DNA of 63,573 bases, filler included, from Reclinomonas americana ATCC 50394 (taxonomy: Eukaryota), in assembly GCA_048213135.1 (NCBI GenBank). It is 35 parts of 35 records of this genome, joined end to end, with 100 filler letters (N's around TTAATTAATTAA, not from the genome) between each part and the next. Parts side by side here need not be neighbours in the genome. Positions count along the whole stretch, not along the records: positions 22,693 to 24,469 come from AFZH01025211.1; positions 24,570 to 26,354 come from AFZH01025212.1; positions 26,455 to 28,238 come from AFZH01025213.1; positions 28,339 to 30,122 come from AFZH01025214.1; positions 30,223 to 31,347 come from AFZH01025215.1; positions 31,448 to 33,229 come from AFZH01025216.1; positions 33,330 to 35,108 come from AFZH01025217.1; positions 35,209 to 36,986 come from AFZH01025218.1; 27 more parts are not named here. The stretch is one strand, 5' to 3'. Position numbers and translations under genes: made by a program. The notes below the pieces were generated by a model. The model made no database searches. It was given only the letters and a program-made list of their open reading frames with translations, and was not told the DNA's origin. Shown here in pieces: positions 22,810-35,841 of the stretch (its first letter is position 1; each line of letters opens with the position of its first letter).

Positions 22810-23797
22810 TTCCAATTCCCCGCACCCTTCTCCCCTCCCTTTCTTTCTTTCTTTCTCTCATTCACTCTCTTCACCTGTGCTTCACTCGCCTTGTACATCC
22901 CCACCATATGGACGCTGCCCTGCTCTTCTGTGCCTCCATCTGCCGACATCCTCTCCGTGTGTTCCCCTCTCAGTCTCGTTCTTGTCATCTTCGCAAGAGT
23001 GTTGTTATCACACACAGCTGCCATCCTATCATCCTCGCTGTTCTGTCTTCTCCTCCGTTCTCCGCGCATTCAGCTTTGTGGTATTTGTACTCTATCCTTG
23101 TTCTCTCGCATTGTATGCTCCCCTCCTCCTCCCTTGCCTCTGCCTGTCGCCGTTGCCTTGCTCTTCTGTGCCTTCCTCTCCGTGAGTTCACCTCTCAGTC
23201 TCGTTCTGCCATTCGTGCAAGTTTGTTGCCTGTTTGCGTGTCTCATTGTTGTGTTCCCTTATCTCTCCAACTACCTTTGCACGTATCATTCTCCGCGCAT
23301 TCAGTCTCGTTCAGCTTTGTGGTGTTTCGCACTCCATCGTTGCTCTCTCTCGCATTGTGTGCTCCCCTCCTCCTCCCCTGCGTCTGCCTGTCGCCGTTTG
23401 GACGCTGTTCTGCTCCGGTTTGCTTGTCTCTGTTTGGCAATTCCTTCATAGCTTCATTGCCAGAATGATCGTTGCTCGTCCTCTGCATTCCCTGCTGTTG
23501 CTGTCATCCTTCGCTTCCCCCAGTGTGCGTGTCTCTGCGCCGTGTTCCTCACACCTCGAGCGTCTGTGCGTGCATCCTTCTTCCTCTGCATTCCGTGCTG
23601 CTACTGTCATCGCACGTGCATCCTTCGCTTCCCCCATGTGTTCCTCCCACCTCGAGCGTCTGTGCGTGCATCCTTCACTCCGCCCTCATTCCAGTATCTG
23701 CTTTCTGCATGTCTCTGCGCCGTGTTTGAGGCTCATGTTCCACTCTTCTATGTTCATTTGATCCCTCATCTCCTCACCTCCCCACCCCCTGCACAGG

Positions 23798-23904
23798 CCA
23801 AGCGCTTCCTGATCGACGCCGCCCTGCCGCTCGGCTTCGGCATTGGCCTCATCAAGTGGGCCAACCACAGTCACCACCACCACATTGTCGAGCAGCGCCC
23901 ATGA
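23798..23904 (+). CDS. Short terminal exon, possibly cytochrome bc1 subunit 8 (QCR8)-like
   Basis: CTCAC...CACAG acceptor, then GC3-rich KRFLIDAALPLGFGIGLIKWANHSHHHHIVEQRP-stop (one TM helix, then W). Family is a guess. Confidence 0.35.
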
Positions 23905-24394
23905 CGCTACACAGAAGACGACGACGACGACTAGACGTTGGCAGAACAACAAATGAAACGTCGCGAGTGTCCTTCCAATCAATCTTCATTCATTGTGTGT
24001 CTCTGTCTGTGTGACGAAGAACATGCACATTGTGTCATTACAGTGGCGCGCGCGAGAACGACGAGCATGTGGAGGAGAGAGCAGTGGTGGTGCTGCTGCT
24101 GCGAGAATGCGTGTGCTCATTGTCAGTCTTGCACTTCTTCTCGCACTCGCATCACACTCGGTCGTGGCTGATATCACTATTGTTGCGTCGAGTTGTGTGT
24201 GTGAGAGAGAGAGAGAGAGAGGAGTGTGTGTGTGAGAGAGAAGGAGTGTGTGCATTGTGTGAATGACGTATATGTTGTTGATCGTGACCGGTTGTGTGTG
24301 CGCGCGCGCAGTGCTCGACCTCAAAGGCTCTCTTCCGCATTGACTCTTTGTCTGTGGCTCCAAGTCCTCCGCTGCGTAATAAGGTGAGGTCTCG

Positions 24395-24469
<75 letters not shown>

Positions 24470-24569
24470 NNNNNNNNNNNNNNNNNNNNNNNNNNNNNNN
24501 NNNNNNNNNNNNNTTAATTAATTAANNNNNNNNNNNNNNNNNNNNNNNNNNNNNNNNNNNNNNNNNNNN

Positions 24570-25828
24570 CGCATCGCGGACAGCCGCCGCAACACACACG
24601 CGCTCCATCTCCTCCAGTGCGGCAGCTGCCGCACCGTCGAATCCCGCTGCTGCTGACGTATTACCTCACGCTCGCTACCGCACGTCGCCCTCGTCAACAC
24701 TGGCCTCTGCCTCTGTTGTTGCTGCTGCTGCGCCGTCCAGTGGTAGCGATTTCGGTGGCGCGGCGGCACGACCGTACTCGAGCTTCTTTGCCCGCGATGG
24801 TGCGTTTGGGAACTCGGGTGGATCGGCCTCGTCGCGAGATCCGGACCGCGCCTCCCCGCCGTCGGCCATGCACTCGCCACCGATGCACTCGCCGTACGAT
24901 CTCGACGCGCAAGCTCACGCCGCTGACTTGTCCGGTCAGCTGCTGGCCGAGGAGAGACCGCTCTCGGTTGGCAAACCCCATCAGCCGGTGGCACCGTCGT
25001 CACCACCGCCACTGCCGCGCACGTCGCCAGTGCACGCCTGGCGAGAGACCAGCGACAAGACGTCGATGTATGCGTCGCCACCCGACAGTTCGAGGAGCGA
25101 CATGCTGAGTGCGCGCGACAAGAATGACTTGCCGTCGGAGAGGTGTGGAGCAGTGTGCTGTCTTGTTGAGCGCGCGCAGGCGTGATGCTCAGTACTCGTT
25201 GTGCGTGCAGAGATCGGTACAGCGCGCGCAATTCACCACCGCCAGTGGACGAGAGTGAGTGGAGAAGGCGAGTCGACTCGGCCACCAAGATGCTCGGTCG
25301 TCAGCCGGTGAGTGCATGGAAGCAGTCAGAGAATAGCGAGTGCGATGCTGACCGCGAGCGTGTGACAGTCGGCGGCCGACCAGGCACGGTTACCGCGAAA
25401 TGGGGTGAGCCAGTGCAACACTCTTGACTCGTGTCTGTGCGTGAGTGTGCTCATGGTCTCGTCGTCTGCAGGCGCTGTCGGGCCCCTCCTCCACCATCAC
25501 TACCGCCGCCGCATCCGGCAGTGGACCGGCCGTGGACTCGTCCCTGGATTCATTTGGCGGCTCACTGCGTGCGACCGATATGGCCAGCGAGTTCCAGCAG
25601 CAAATGGTACAGGGTGCGCTGGAGGACACGCTGTCGTCGTTCCGCTTGGCCGTGCACGACGACATTCAGAACATGCACATGGAGATGCTGCGGTGCTTCC
25701 ACGAGCACCAAATGGAGACGGCGACGCTGATTGGACGACTGGTGGAGCGCATCGATCCGCTTCTCGCAGAGATCAAGGAACTCAGGCAGGAGAACACACA
25801 ACTCAAGCACCACTTTGCCAATCTGTGA
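24570..25828 (+). CDS. NEDD1: NEDD1/GCP-WD C-terminal region, multi-exon, 5'-partial
   Basis: QQMVQGALEDTLSSFRLAVHDDIQNMHMEMLRCFHEHQ...LLAEIKELRQENTQLKHHF matches the NEDD1 gamma-tubulin-binding tail from recall. Confidence 0.8.
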
Positions 25829-25952
25829 GAGTGTGGCGCTCTGTTTCCCGCATACATGTTTGTTTTCCTTTTACACAAGCCCGCACACAAAAATCAGATA
25901 ATGTAGCACTCACTTACTCACTAACACGTCATCTTGTGGTGGGATCGCCGCC

Positions 25953-26334
25953 TCAACGAGCTGCCGCAGTGGTCGCAGCTAGTTGTCGCTCCTTGGTCTT
26001 GATCGCATCCGACGATCTCGTCACCTGCTCCGCCAACGCCTCGAGCTCGCGCAACAAGCCCTCCACGTGCTCATCCAGCGTCGTCACCAACGGCTGCACA
26101 ATCGTGTCCATCACCGCATTCACCGCCGCACTACAGACGTGTGCGCGCACACAGGTGGGTGGGTGCGGAGAGATGGAAGAGAAGAAGAGTGCAGACGCCA
26201 CGCAACGTCTCGCCAAATCCCGGTCGATCGCCGTCAAAGGTGGCGGAGAGCGCCTGGAACTCGTCATACTCGGTGACCGACGACTTGGTGAGATTGCTGA
26301 TCCGAACGCGCACTGAATCCAGAATGCCACTGCT
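25953..26334 (-). CDS. Hypothetical coiled-coil protein, last two exons
   Basis: Intron 26131-26206 joins ...RPGFGET to AAVNAVMDTIV...TTAAAR-stop. Confidence 0.5.
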
Positions 26335-26479
26335 TATAGGGAAAGGAGAGGAGANNNNNNNNNNNNNNNNNNNNNNNNNNNNNNNNNNNNNNNNNNNNTT
26401 AATTAATTAANNNNNNNNNNNNNNNNNNNNNNNNNNNNNNNNNNNNNNNNNNNNCTCACGTGTATTCGCTTGTGTGCAG

Positions 26480-28238
26480 GCCGAGGCGGCAGGCAACGCC
26501 GATGGTGGTGCGTCGTCAAGCACGACCACGGCCGCCGCATCCGCCGACGGAGCGGAGGGCGGAGCAGAGCCGGATCAGAAGCGTCGAAAAGTGGAGCGTT
26601 GCGTGAGAAGATGGGAAGGAGAACCTTTGCGCGCCGCTCTACCTCACACGCTGTCGGCGCAGCGGAAAAGGCGAAACCCAAGTACCCGATGGCGGACCAT
26701 CTGCTGGAGCACGAGGGGGAGCACGCGGACGGCAACTGGCCGCAACCCGTGCAAGAGTTCATTGTGGCCGATCATGCGGTCAGCGACATGCTCATGGTGT
26801 GGGACTTTTGTCAGACATTCGGGTGCGTGCTGGTGATGCTGCTCGCTTTCTGTGCCAAGTAGGCGAGTCACTCACTCACTCATCGTCGGTCCGACGTGAA
26901 CAGCGACCCGATCAAGTTGTCGCCGTTCAGTCTGAACATGTTTGAGGAGGTGCTGTCGCTGCCACCGGTCAATCGTCCCGAGAATCCCGCCGTGTACTCG
27001 TGTTTCGTGAACATACGGCGCGCCAGTGTTGTTTGTTCTTCATGTCGTCATGGCTCACACATCGGTGCAGATATCTCCGACGACGACGTGTCGGCTGCTC
27101 GCACAGCTGGCACGGAGAGCGCAGCAGCGGATTCTGCACCCGCTGCTAATGGTGGTGGTGGTAGCAGTGGTCACGATGAAGCTGCACAGGCGACTCGCAA
27201 GGCGGATGCCAGGTTGCGCGCGCGCCGACAGAAGCTGAAGGAGCGCAAGTTGCGTGCACCTCGACAAGGAGGTTGTCCATTGACCTCTGCTTGACAACGT
27301 GAATGTGTTGCAGGGCGGCGGAGGCTCGCAAGGCAGCCGCACAGGCCAAGAAGAAGGCACAGGAAGCGAGTCGACCGAAGGTTGAGTGATATGAATCGTG
27401 GGTGTCTTGAATTGTTGATGCTGACTGCACGCGGTAAACAACAGCGGAGCGGACGCAGCAGCAAGAACCAGCAAGACGATGTGCGACGCAGCAGTCGTCA
27501 ACGAGGACAGCGAACGCGCTACACCGAAGTGTCGTCGGAATCGGAGGAGCAGTCGTTCCAGTACGATGGTGCGACGAGAGATGCATGTGAGACAATGATC
27601 TGTTGGCTGTCGGTCTCACGTTGTTGCTGTTGTTGTTGCGCACGATGCAGAGGACTCCAGCGAGGATGAATTCCAGCCGGAGAAGCCACCGCGCGAGGCA
27701 ATTCGCGACTTTCGTTATGAACAGGCGTCGTCTGGCGAATCGAGTGATCTGTTTAGCGACGGCGACGAGGAAGATAAAGTGATGGAGGATGTGGAGGACG
27801 AAGAGTTGCGAACCTCTGCGTTACCTTCCATGTGCCTCCCTGTGTGTCTCATCTGTCGATCAGTGCTTTCCCGGTGGTGTTCAAGGAGAAGACACTGTCG
27901 GTCGACGTACGGCGCAGTTCACGCACTGCCACTCGAGCATCCGCTAAAGCAGTGGCCGCGGCGGCGGCAAATAGCGAAATGTTTGTTCCGCGGTACTCGA
28001 CACGTCGTCGTACGGCGCTCGAGGACGATGATTCGGGAAGTGCGAGTGCCGATGCCGACACGGACGGGATGCAAGTCGACGGAGACGATGCCAGCGACGA
28101 TGAGGAGAAGGATGAGGACCTGGAGGACGAAGACGACGGCGGTGACATGGACATGGACGAGGATGACGACGACCTCGGCAGTGATTTCGACAACGATTCA
28201 GATGTGGTTGCGTGTGACGAGGGCTTGTTCTTGTTCGT
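26480..28238 (+). CDS. DDT-domain chromatin protein fragment with acidic region, multi-exon
   Basis: KYPMADHL...WPQP...VSDMLMVWDFCQTFG/DPIKLSPFSLNMFEEVL resembles a DDT domain; Asp/Glu-rich region follows. Confidence 0.65.
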
Positions 28239-28483
28239 NNNNNNNNNNNNNNNNNNNNNNNNNNNNNNNNNNNNNNNNNNNNTTAATTAATTAANNNNNN
28301 NNNNNNNNNNNNNNNNNNNNNNNNNNNNNNNNNNNNNNGCGCAGCAACACACAGAGATCACTCACCGCGCAGCATGATAAATTCCTGTCAAGATTCGCAC
28401 AACGACACCACAAGAGAGTGAGAGAAGAGTGCGCAAGAGAGTCAGTCAATAGACACACACTCACACACTCTTTCACACACTCT

Positions 28484-28514
<31 letters not shown>

Positions 28515-29526
28515 GCCACACGCAAAAGCGCCAGGCGATCTCCACCACAATGCGCGCAATCTCGGCGTTATCCACCAGCGGCGCAATGAAAAACGATTGT
28601 GGGCCGTACAGGCGGACCCGCGCCGTCTCCGACAAACGAGCCAAGTCAAGCGAGAACATTGTGTTCTGTGTCGAGGAGCAAACGCAAGAGAGAGCGGAGG
28701 TGCGCTGAAAACAAACTCGCGAACTTACACAATCGGAAATGTCCTCTCCTTCAACTTCGAGGTCGCGTCGTTAATGCCGTGGCAAACACTGCACCTCAGT
28801 GCCAGGGTTAATGTGTTGGTCGGAGGGTGGGCGACCGCGGAACACTTGAATCGCACTCCCGGTGTGTTCGCTTCGGCAAGTGTAAATACCGGTCGCGATC
28901 GGTGTCCTGCGCGCTTTTGTGGCAGCGACCAATCGAGCAGCTGCTGCGCTCGATGTGCAGGAAGCAAGCGGCGGCCTTGATAGTCGGATATGCGCTCATC
29001 TCGTCTTCAGCCGAGCGTGCTCGTTTCAGCAAGTGTAAATACCGGAGCTGTGCATTTGTGATGGCGACCAATCGAGCAGCAGCTTCTGTACTGGACGAGT
29101 AGCCAGTCAATGGATCGCTTGGTAGTCAGGTCCAGGCTTGCTCAGTGAGAAAAAAAGCGATTTTCCATCGCGATCTCCTCGAGCGACCTGGCTGACCTCA
29201 CAATCGACTGTGCTTTTGGAGAAACCGAGGATCGTTGTTGCGGTGGGCGGCGCACCGCCGCCGTGTCGATGGCGGACTCGAAAGCACAGCCACGGCGCTG
29301 GATGTCACGAGGTAGAAGAGACAGAAAGCAGCAAGGGAAATCGCCTCTCAAGGACCGAACGGGAGACGACACAGATGCATCGCCTGCATGCAATTGGTCG
29401 GAGGCAAGGACTTACGCATGTACGTGCCTCGTGGTTTACTGACATCAATGAGGCAATGGTCACCATCGCGGCGCGGCAGCTGCAATAGCAACAGCAGGCT
29501 GCCATGAATCCCGTCGTTACCTCTTC

Positions 29527-30122
29527 TCAGTGCGTCTTCTTCTTCTTGCCACTCTGATCTCCCGGACTTGGCGGCAATTCCAGGCCGCTGGTGTACGGTG
29601 CCGGCGGGCCATCCGCTGCGCAATCACCCAAGACAACAACGTGAGCCATACGCACACACAAAGAAAGGTGCTGGCGCTGCACGCAACGAGGAGTGCCAGA
29701 GAACGAGCCGGCGTTGCGCGGAAGCGCATCGCCCGGATGCTGGCGCTTGGGAGTGACAGAAGCCAGCGTGCTGCGAGCTCTGCGAGTAGACAGTTGTCAG
29801 TGAAGAGCGCACATGTGAGCAATCACGAGCGACGAACCGAATGGTGCGCTTGAGGATTTTGTGGTAGTGGGCGAACCTGTGAGGCAAGTGGTCAGGAGCA
29901 CGATCCCTCTCTCCCTCCCTCACCCACCCACCCTCCAACTTCCGCCTTCAAACAAACACGCACCAGTAGATATTGAGCAGGTAGAAGAAGAACATCGGCA
30001 CATACAGCATCCAGTGCGACAGCTTGTCCACGTGGCCAAACCAGCCGACGTTGAACAGCTTGAACATGACATAAAGGTGCAGCACAAAGCGCGTGACAGC
30101 GAACGACACGTACTGCATGGCC
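29527..30122 (-). CDS. ER membrane protein, TLC (TRAM/LAG1/CLN8)-like C-terminus, 5'-partial
   Basis: SFAVTRF...FFFYLLNIYWF..; three introns lead to a C-terminal KKKKTH-stop (KKxx ER-retrieval motif). Confidence 0.55.
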
Positions 30123-30222
30123 NNNNNNNNNNNNNNNNNNNNNNNNNNNNNNNNNNNNNNNNNNNNTTAATTAATTAANNNNNNNNNNNNNNNNNNNNNN
30201 NNNNNNNNNNNNNNNNNNNNNN

Positions 30223-31027
30223 CCACGGTGGCGAGCACGTCGGGCGTGATCGAGATGCGGTCGATGTCACCGGCCTGGAACGCGAGCACCGACGCCTGCG
30301 GATCCTTGTAGATCTTGAGCTCCACACCGTCGAGTTCGATCTCGTCGGCGTTCCAGTAGTCGGGGTTCTTCACGAAGCTGATGCTCTGGCCGACCTCGTA
30401 GTCCTCGAGCAGGAACTGCCCTGCGCCGACCGGCTCGTCGAGCCATGTGCCGGGCTCGTAGTCGGCGGGCAGGATGCCGGTGTTGTTGCCGGCGAGCAGG
30501 CGGGGGAAGTCCGAGAACGGGCGGGCGAGCGTGAAGGCGACCGAGCCGTCGCCGGCATCCGATACCGCGTCGAGGATGCCGGTGAACGCGCTCTTCGCCG
30601 GGGACACGCTGTCCTCTCCGATGATCGCCTCGAACGTCGCCGCGACGTCGGCGGCGGTGACCGGGGAGCCGTCGTTGAACTGGGCGCCGTCCCGGAGGGT
30701 GAAGGTCCAGGTCAGCCCGTCCTCGGATGCCGACCACTCGGTGGCGAGACGGGGCAGCGCCTCGCCGTCGGCCGTGAAGCTGACGAGCTGCTCGGTGACG
30801 AGTCCCGCGATCAGCTGCGCGTCGCTGTCGGCGACCGTCAGCGGGTCGATCTCTGCTCCGGGCTCGGTGATGCCGATGCGGTAGACCGCTTCGGCCGACC
30901 CGTCGGTGTCGTCACCGGATGCCGTGGTGGTCGCGCATCCCGTGAGCGCCAGCAGGGTCGCGCTGACGGCGGCCGCCGAGACGAGCGTTCGCCGACGGCG
31001 GGCGGGGTGGGAGGTGAGAAGGGTCAT
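30223..31027 (-). CDS. ABC transporter substrate-binding lipoprotein, family 5 (peptide/nickel type), 3'-partial, actinobacterial
   Basis: Signal peptide with lipobox LTGC; PRLATEWSASEDGLTWTFTLRDGAQFNDGSPVTAADV; PVGAGQF; KNPDYW; GAGG RBS. Confidence 0.92.
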
Positions 31028-31061
31028 GTGCGGTGTCCTCGGTTCGGGTGCGGGCGTCGCG

Positions 31062-31347
31062 TCAGCGCGGCAGGAGCTCGGCGGCATCCACCTGGACGCG
31101 CTCGGAGTAGAAGGCGACGTACCCGGCGATGGTCTGCAGGTAGTCGAACGGGCTCGGGTAGGACCAGGCGACGTCGGTGCCGGGCTCGGTCCCGAGCGCC
31201 CAGTAGTCGTCGGCGTCGCCCTTGACGGGGCAGTGCGTGCGCGATGCGGTCGGCTGCAGCAGATCCCAGTTCACGTCCTCACGGGGCAGGTAGAAGCGGT
31301 CGGCGTGATCCGTCTCGTGCAGCACGATGGCGCGCGTCGAGTCCGCG
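31062..31347 (-). CDS. DUF427 family protein, 5'-partial
   Basis: LHET....FYLPREDV, THCPVKGDA.YW, DVAWSYP.P, IAGYVAFY are the DUF427 signature. Confidence 0.88.
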
Positions 31348-33519
31348 NNNNNNNNNNNNNNNNNNNNNNNNNNNNNNNNNNNNNNNNNNNNTTAATTAAT
31401 TAANNNNNNNNNNNNNNNNNNNNNNNNNNNNNNNNNNNNNNNNNNNNGGCGATCAAGCAGAAGGTCGGCGCAGCGATCAGGCCAAGGTTGAGCTGGTGGT
31501 GCTCCCTGTGACCTCGATTGGCACGGCATCGGCCTTGGTGTCGACTGGCCTCCGTCGTCTCGGCGTGCGCAACGTCCGACAGTGCATCTCTCGCCTTTGC
31601 ACGACAGGCTTACGTACAAGTTACTCGACAACAACAACAACAACTTTACTAATCCAAACAGCAAAAAGCAGCATGATGATCACCATCAATCTTCCCAAAC
31701 GTCGCGTTCTTGCCGTCAACATGGTGGAGGTGATAGCTGAAAAGTACCTGCACACGCATCACAAGTACGGTGAGTGTGGGCTGCACCCAACGACAAACGA
31801 TCACGCTCCCGCTCACAAACCATCGATCATTCCAATGACCACACGCGACTGCTCACGGTTTGCAAAGGCAGCCGTGAGAGCCTCAGCACGGCCATCCTTT
31901 GCATTCGCCAATATGTTGGCGCCGATGGAGAAGGAAGAATGTACGCTGCGTCAAGCAGGTTAAACACACTTTGGCATCCTCGACTCCGGTGCGCTGCAAA
32001 AACTGCTTGAATTCATCAAGAGTGCGGTAAGCAGCGGCACCAGCAACGAGGCACTCATTGCTGATTCTGCTGGTGATACTGGAGAGGGCCGAGTTGATTC
32101 TCGACGCAATCTGCACGATGCAGTTGATCGGCTTACTTTACGCGCACACACAAGACGGAGGGAGTGTATGTGCGTGTGTCTATGGGAGAGAGAGAAAGAG
32201 AGAGAGAGAGACAGAGAAAACGACGTCCAAGCAGCGTACCTTCCCGGCAACCTCCTTCGCCCCGTCATAAGTCTCTACAATAGCCCTATACTTTGACAGC
32301 CTGGGCGTGTTCATCACAGTTTCCTGGATGAGGTCGGGGTCCTTCTTGTGCCAGCGTCCGAGTGTCGCAAAGTCACCACTGTCAAGGCTGCGGCGGATTG
32401 AAAAGCGCGCCACGTCGGCAATGGGGTTCTGTGCCGCGATGTAGTGAGAGCGTGGTCCACACGATGAGCAGCAATCGGCATCAATCGAACGACACAAACC
32501 ACTGCCTTGCTGTCCAGCGTGGCAACCGTCTCACATGCTGCGTGCCGCATCGCCTCAATGTCCTCGCCCATCTTGGTAATCTTGTTCACAATCACGTTTG
32601 TGGTCTTGGTCAACTGGGTCTGCTCCGTGACCACCGACGCCAACAGCTTGGTTGCGTCTGCCAGCTGTTTGACAATTTGTGCGTTGACTACTATCAGTAC
32701 TTCGGTGCGGTTCTTCTCCTTGCAGTGGCCCTCCTCGGTAAACAGGCCAAGGGCACGAATATCGTCACTGTCCGTAGGGACGCCGGCATTGCACAGGTAC
32801 TGCGACATGGATCGCCTCTTGAAGGGCAGCTGCGAGCCATCGTTGTCTTCGAAGCCGTGGGCTCCTCGCTTGCGAGCAGACACAGGCATGTGGGGACCTA
32901 AACCACCGCCACCCACAATGGCGTTCCTGGGACTCATCTCACCTGTAATGAAGAGGCGCAGGAGTCTTAAAAGCGTTCGACAACGTTACCCAACTGCAAA
33001 CGACGCACGCAACTGCTTAGGAGCTTCCGCCTGAGCTGGAGCGCAGAGCAGCCGGCAAGAATGGCGCCGCTGCCGTGGCCTCGGGGATGGAGTCACTGTT
33101 TTCATCATCATACCGCAAGCTCATGATGATGAATCGAGTACGCGCTGCGGTACATTAGTACACTGCTCGAACGTGAGCAGCCCTTCTCTACACATGTTTC
33201 CCTCCTCATCTGACGTCTCCTCTCCATCTNNNNNNNNNNNNNNNNNNNNNNNNNNNNNNNNNNNNNNNNNNNNTTAATTAATTAANNNNNNNNNNNNNNN
33301 NNNNNNNNNNNNNNNNNNNNNNNNNNNNNAGGTCCTCCTTCTCAGCTCTTCTCCTTCTCTCGTGTGCGTGTGGGTGCACCTTGCGTGTGTGCTTGCCTTG
33401 CGCGATGCCGAGATCGTTGTTTCGTCGTCGTCGTCGCCGGCGATGAGAGAAAGCGCGCGAAAACCGGACGTCGTCTTCGTGCACGACAACTGCTCTTGCC
33501 ACAAAGACTCTTGTTGGCG

Positions 33520-34799
33520 ATGCAGTCACGCGCACTGGCCGTTGCGTGCGTGCTTCTGATCCGGGTGCTGGTGGCGCACGATCATGCCGTGCTGCATGCG
33601 CATGCTGCGGGTGTGGGGTATCGCGATCGTGCGGTCGATGCCTGGATCGGAGCCACGACGGTGAACGAGGTCGCTGCTCGTGGGACCAACTCGACAACGC
33701 CAACGACAACACCGGTGAGTGTACTTTTTTTGGGGGCGATTGGTACTTACCTCATCCGACCACATCACGACACAGGCGGCCACGACGACGTGCGTGGTGG
33801 CCACTGGCGGCACGATGCCGGCCAGTGGACTCTGTGCTGGTCCTTCGGAGCGTGCACGAGTGCGCATTGCGGCGGCGGAGAGCAGCAACCGCGGGTGTGC
33901 ACGCGATCGGGTGCCCTTTGAGCGCGATGGCTTGGCGTCGGACTTGCGGGTGCGTGGGTGGCGAAACGACATCCATCCGCGCTGTCTCTCATATTATTCT
34001 TCTCGTAGTGCGGTGTGTGCATCCCGGGCACGAGTGGCGTGGAGGACTCGGGTCGTGTGTGTGGCATCAACGATTACTGCACCGATATCGGCGAGTGCCA
34101 GAGTGCGCTGTCGTCGCCGCTGTTCGGCCAGTCGTGCCCCTACGAGCAAGGTCCACACACTTGCACACAGCATGCATGGTGCCTGTACTCACTTCTGCTC
34201 CCCATGTAGGCTTCGACACGAGCTCCGGCTGGTGCGGCCCGGGTCTGCGCTGCATTCAGCATCGGTGTGTGCTGTGCGTCGAGGGCACGGCCGATGCTGT
34301 CGACGGCCGCATGTGCATCGGTGGCCAGTGGACCTACAATCGCTGGCTGACCGTGTCGAGCGATCCTGTCAGCATGTTCCTCATCCTCAACTTTGCGATG
34401 GTCGGCGTGCACGTCTTGTGGACCGTCGTCACCGATGTCGTTCGGTGCTGCCGCTTGCGACGACTGCGACGGTCGCCAGCCTCGGCATCGGGCGGCGTCA
34501 CGTTCGATCGAGGCGCGCTGGACAAGGCACCCAGTCGGCGACGTCTGATCGACAGCAAGATCGCGGCGGGTGATCGAGACGACGATGGCGATGAGAAGCC
34601 GGAGGAGGACATGGAGCCGCACATATTCCGACTGCCACGCAATCCGGAGCCTCACCGCAAGGCCACGACGGGGCACTCGAACAAGAAGAGGAAGAAGAAG
34701 AACCTGCGGTCCGCTACTGCCGTCGCCGTGGCGGCCTCCCGCTCACCTCCCGCCAGTCCAGATCTCGAGTCTGGTCGGCGCCTGGCTCGACAGGCGTGA
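33520..34799 (+). CDS. Cys-rich single-pass membrane protein, multi-exon
   Basis: N-terminal signal-like segment, Cys-rich ectodomain (CGINDYCTDIGEC...CPY..WCGPGLRCIQHRCVLC), TM helix and basic tail. Confidence 0.6.
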
Positions 34800-35209
34800 C
34801 AAGGCAAGGCAGCAAAGGGGGGAGGAGGAGGAGTGTAGATATGGTTCGCGTTTCACTGGATTGACAGGTATCACAGCAAAGGAGAAAGCATGCACTCCAC
34901 CACCGCCAGCAATTCAGCGACAGCAGAGACACAAGCAACCCCCTCCGAGTGGCGCTTGACAAGCAGAACTACACAGGCTTAGTTGTCCTCATCATCGTTG
35001 GCTTCCTCAGCAGCGGGAGCGCCGCGCTTGGCAGTGCTGTGCATGGGGAAAGGAGAGCGAGGTTAGATTGCCATCCGAAAGAAATCACACTGGGAATGAT
35101 GCATGCATNNNNNNNNNNNNNNNNNNNNNNNNNNNNNNNNNNNNNNNNNNNNTTAATTAATTAANNNNNNNNNNNNNNNNNNNNNNNNNNNNNNNNNNNN
35201 NNNNNNNNC

Positions 35210-35277
<68 letters not shown>

Positions 35278-35294
35278 TGTGTGCGTCACGCAAC

Positions 35295-35761
35295 GTCACA
35301 GCCAGGGCCGGGTCAAACTCGCGCAAGTCATTGATGCTGAACACGAAGCGATTGCGTTCACGTTCAATCATCTCCTCCAATCGTCCGTCGTTGCTCTTGC
35401 CCGCCGTGAACTGTGCACGCACAGAGAGAGTGAGAGGAGTGTGAGAAAGAGAAGAGAGAAGAGAGCAGAGAGAAGAGAGAAGAGAGAGGAGAGAGAGAGA
35501 GAGTGCATTCATCGCTCATCGACGACGCACATCGTGAGTGCGACACACACAGACGCACATTTGCGAAACAACAACAACAACCACAGCGACGCGGAAAACC
35601 CAAAGAGCGAGAGGAAGAGGCAAAAGAGGACGACACAAAGTGGCCATTTCTCCCTCTTTCCTCCTGTCACACTCGCACGGTACCTCTGCATCGAGAAACT
35701 CGCGGAACTTGGCCTTGAAGCTCAAGAACTGCTCGTTCTCGCGTTGCCCGCCCGCGTCCAT
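35295..35761 (-). CDS. MCM3: DNA replication licensing factor MCM3, first two exons
   Basis: MDAGG..FKAKFREFLDAE / ...RLEEMIERERNRFVFSINDLREFDPALA matches the MCM3 N-terminus from recall; intron 35411-35683. Confidence 0.7.
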
Positions 35762-35841
35762 GTCGACTTGCGAGGCCTTGCGATATAATCCACCAGCCCA
35801 CGCCAGTCGACGGAACACACACGCCGTTGTGAGCTGTGAGA

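Noticed and set aside
22734..23761. Long overlapping Leu/Ser/Cys-rich ORFs
   Set aside because: Stop-poor pyrimidine-rich sequence upstream of an acceptor at 23797; most likely intron.
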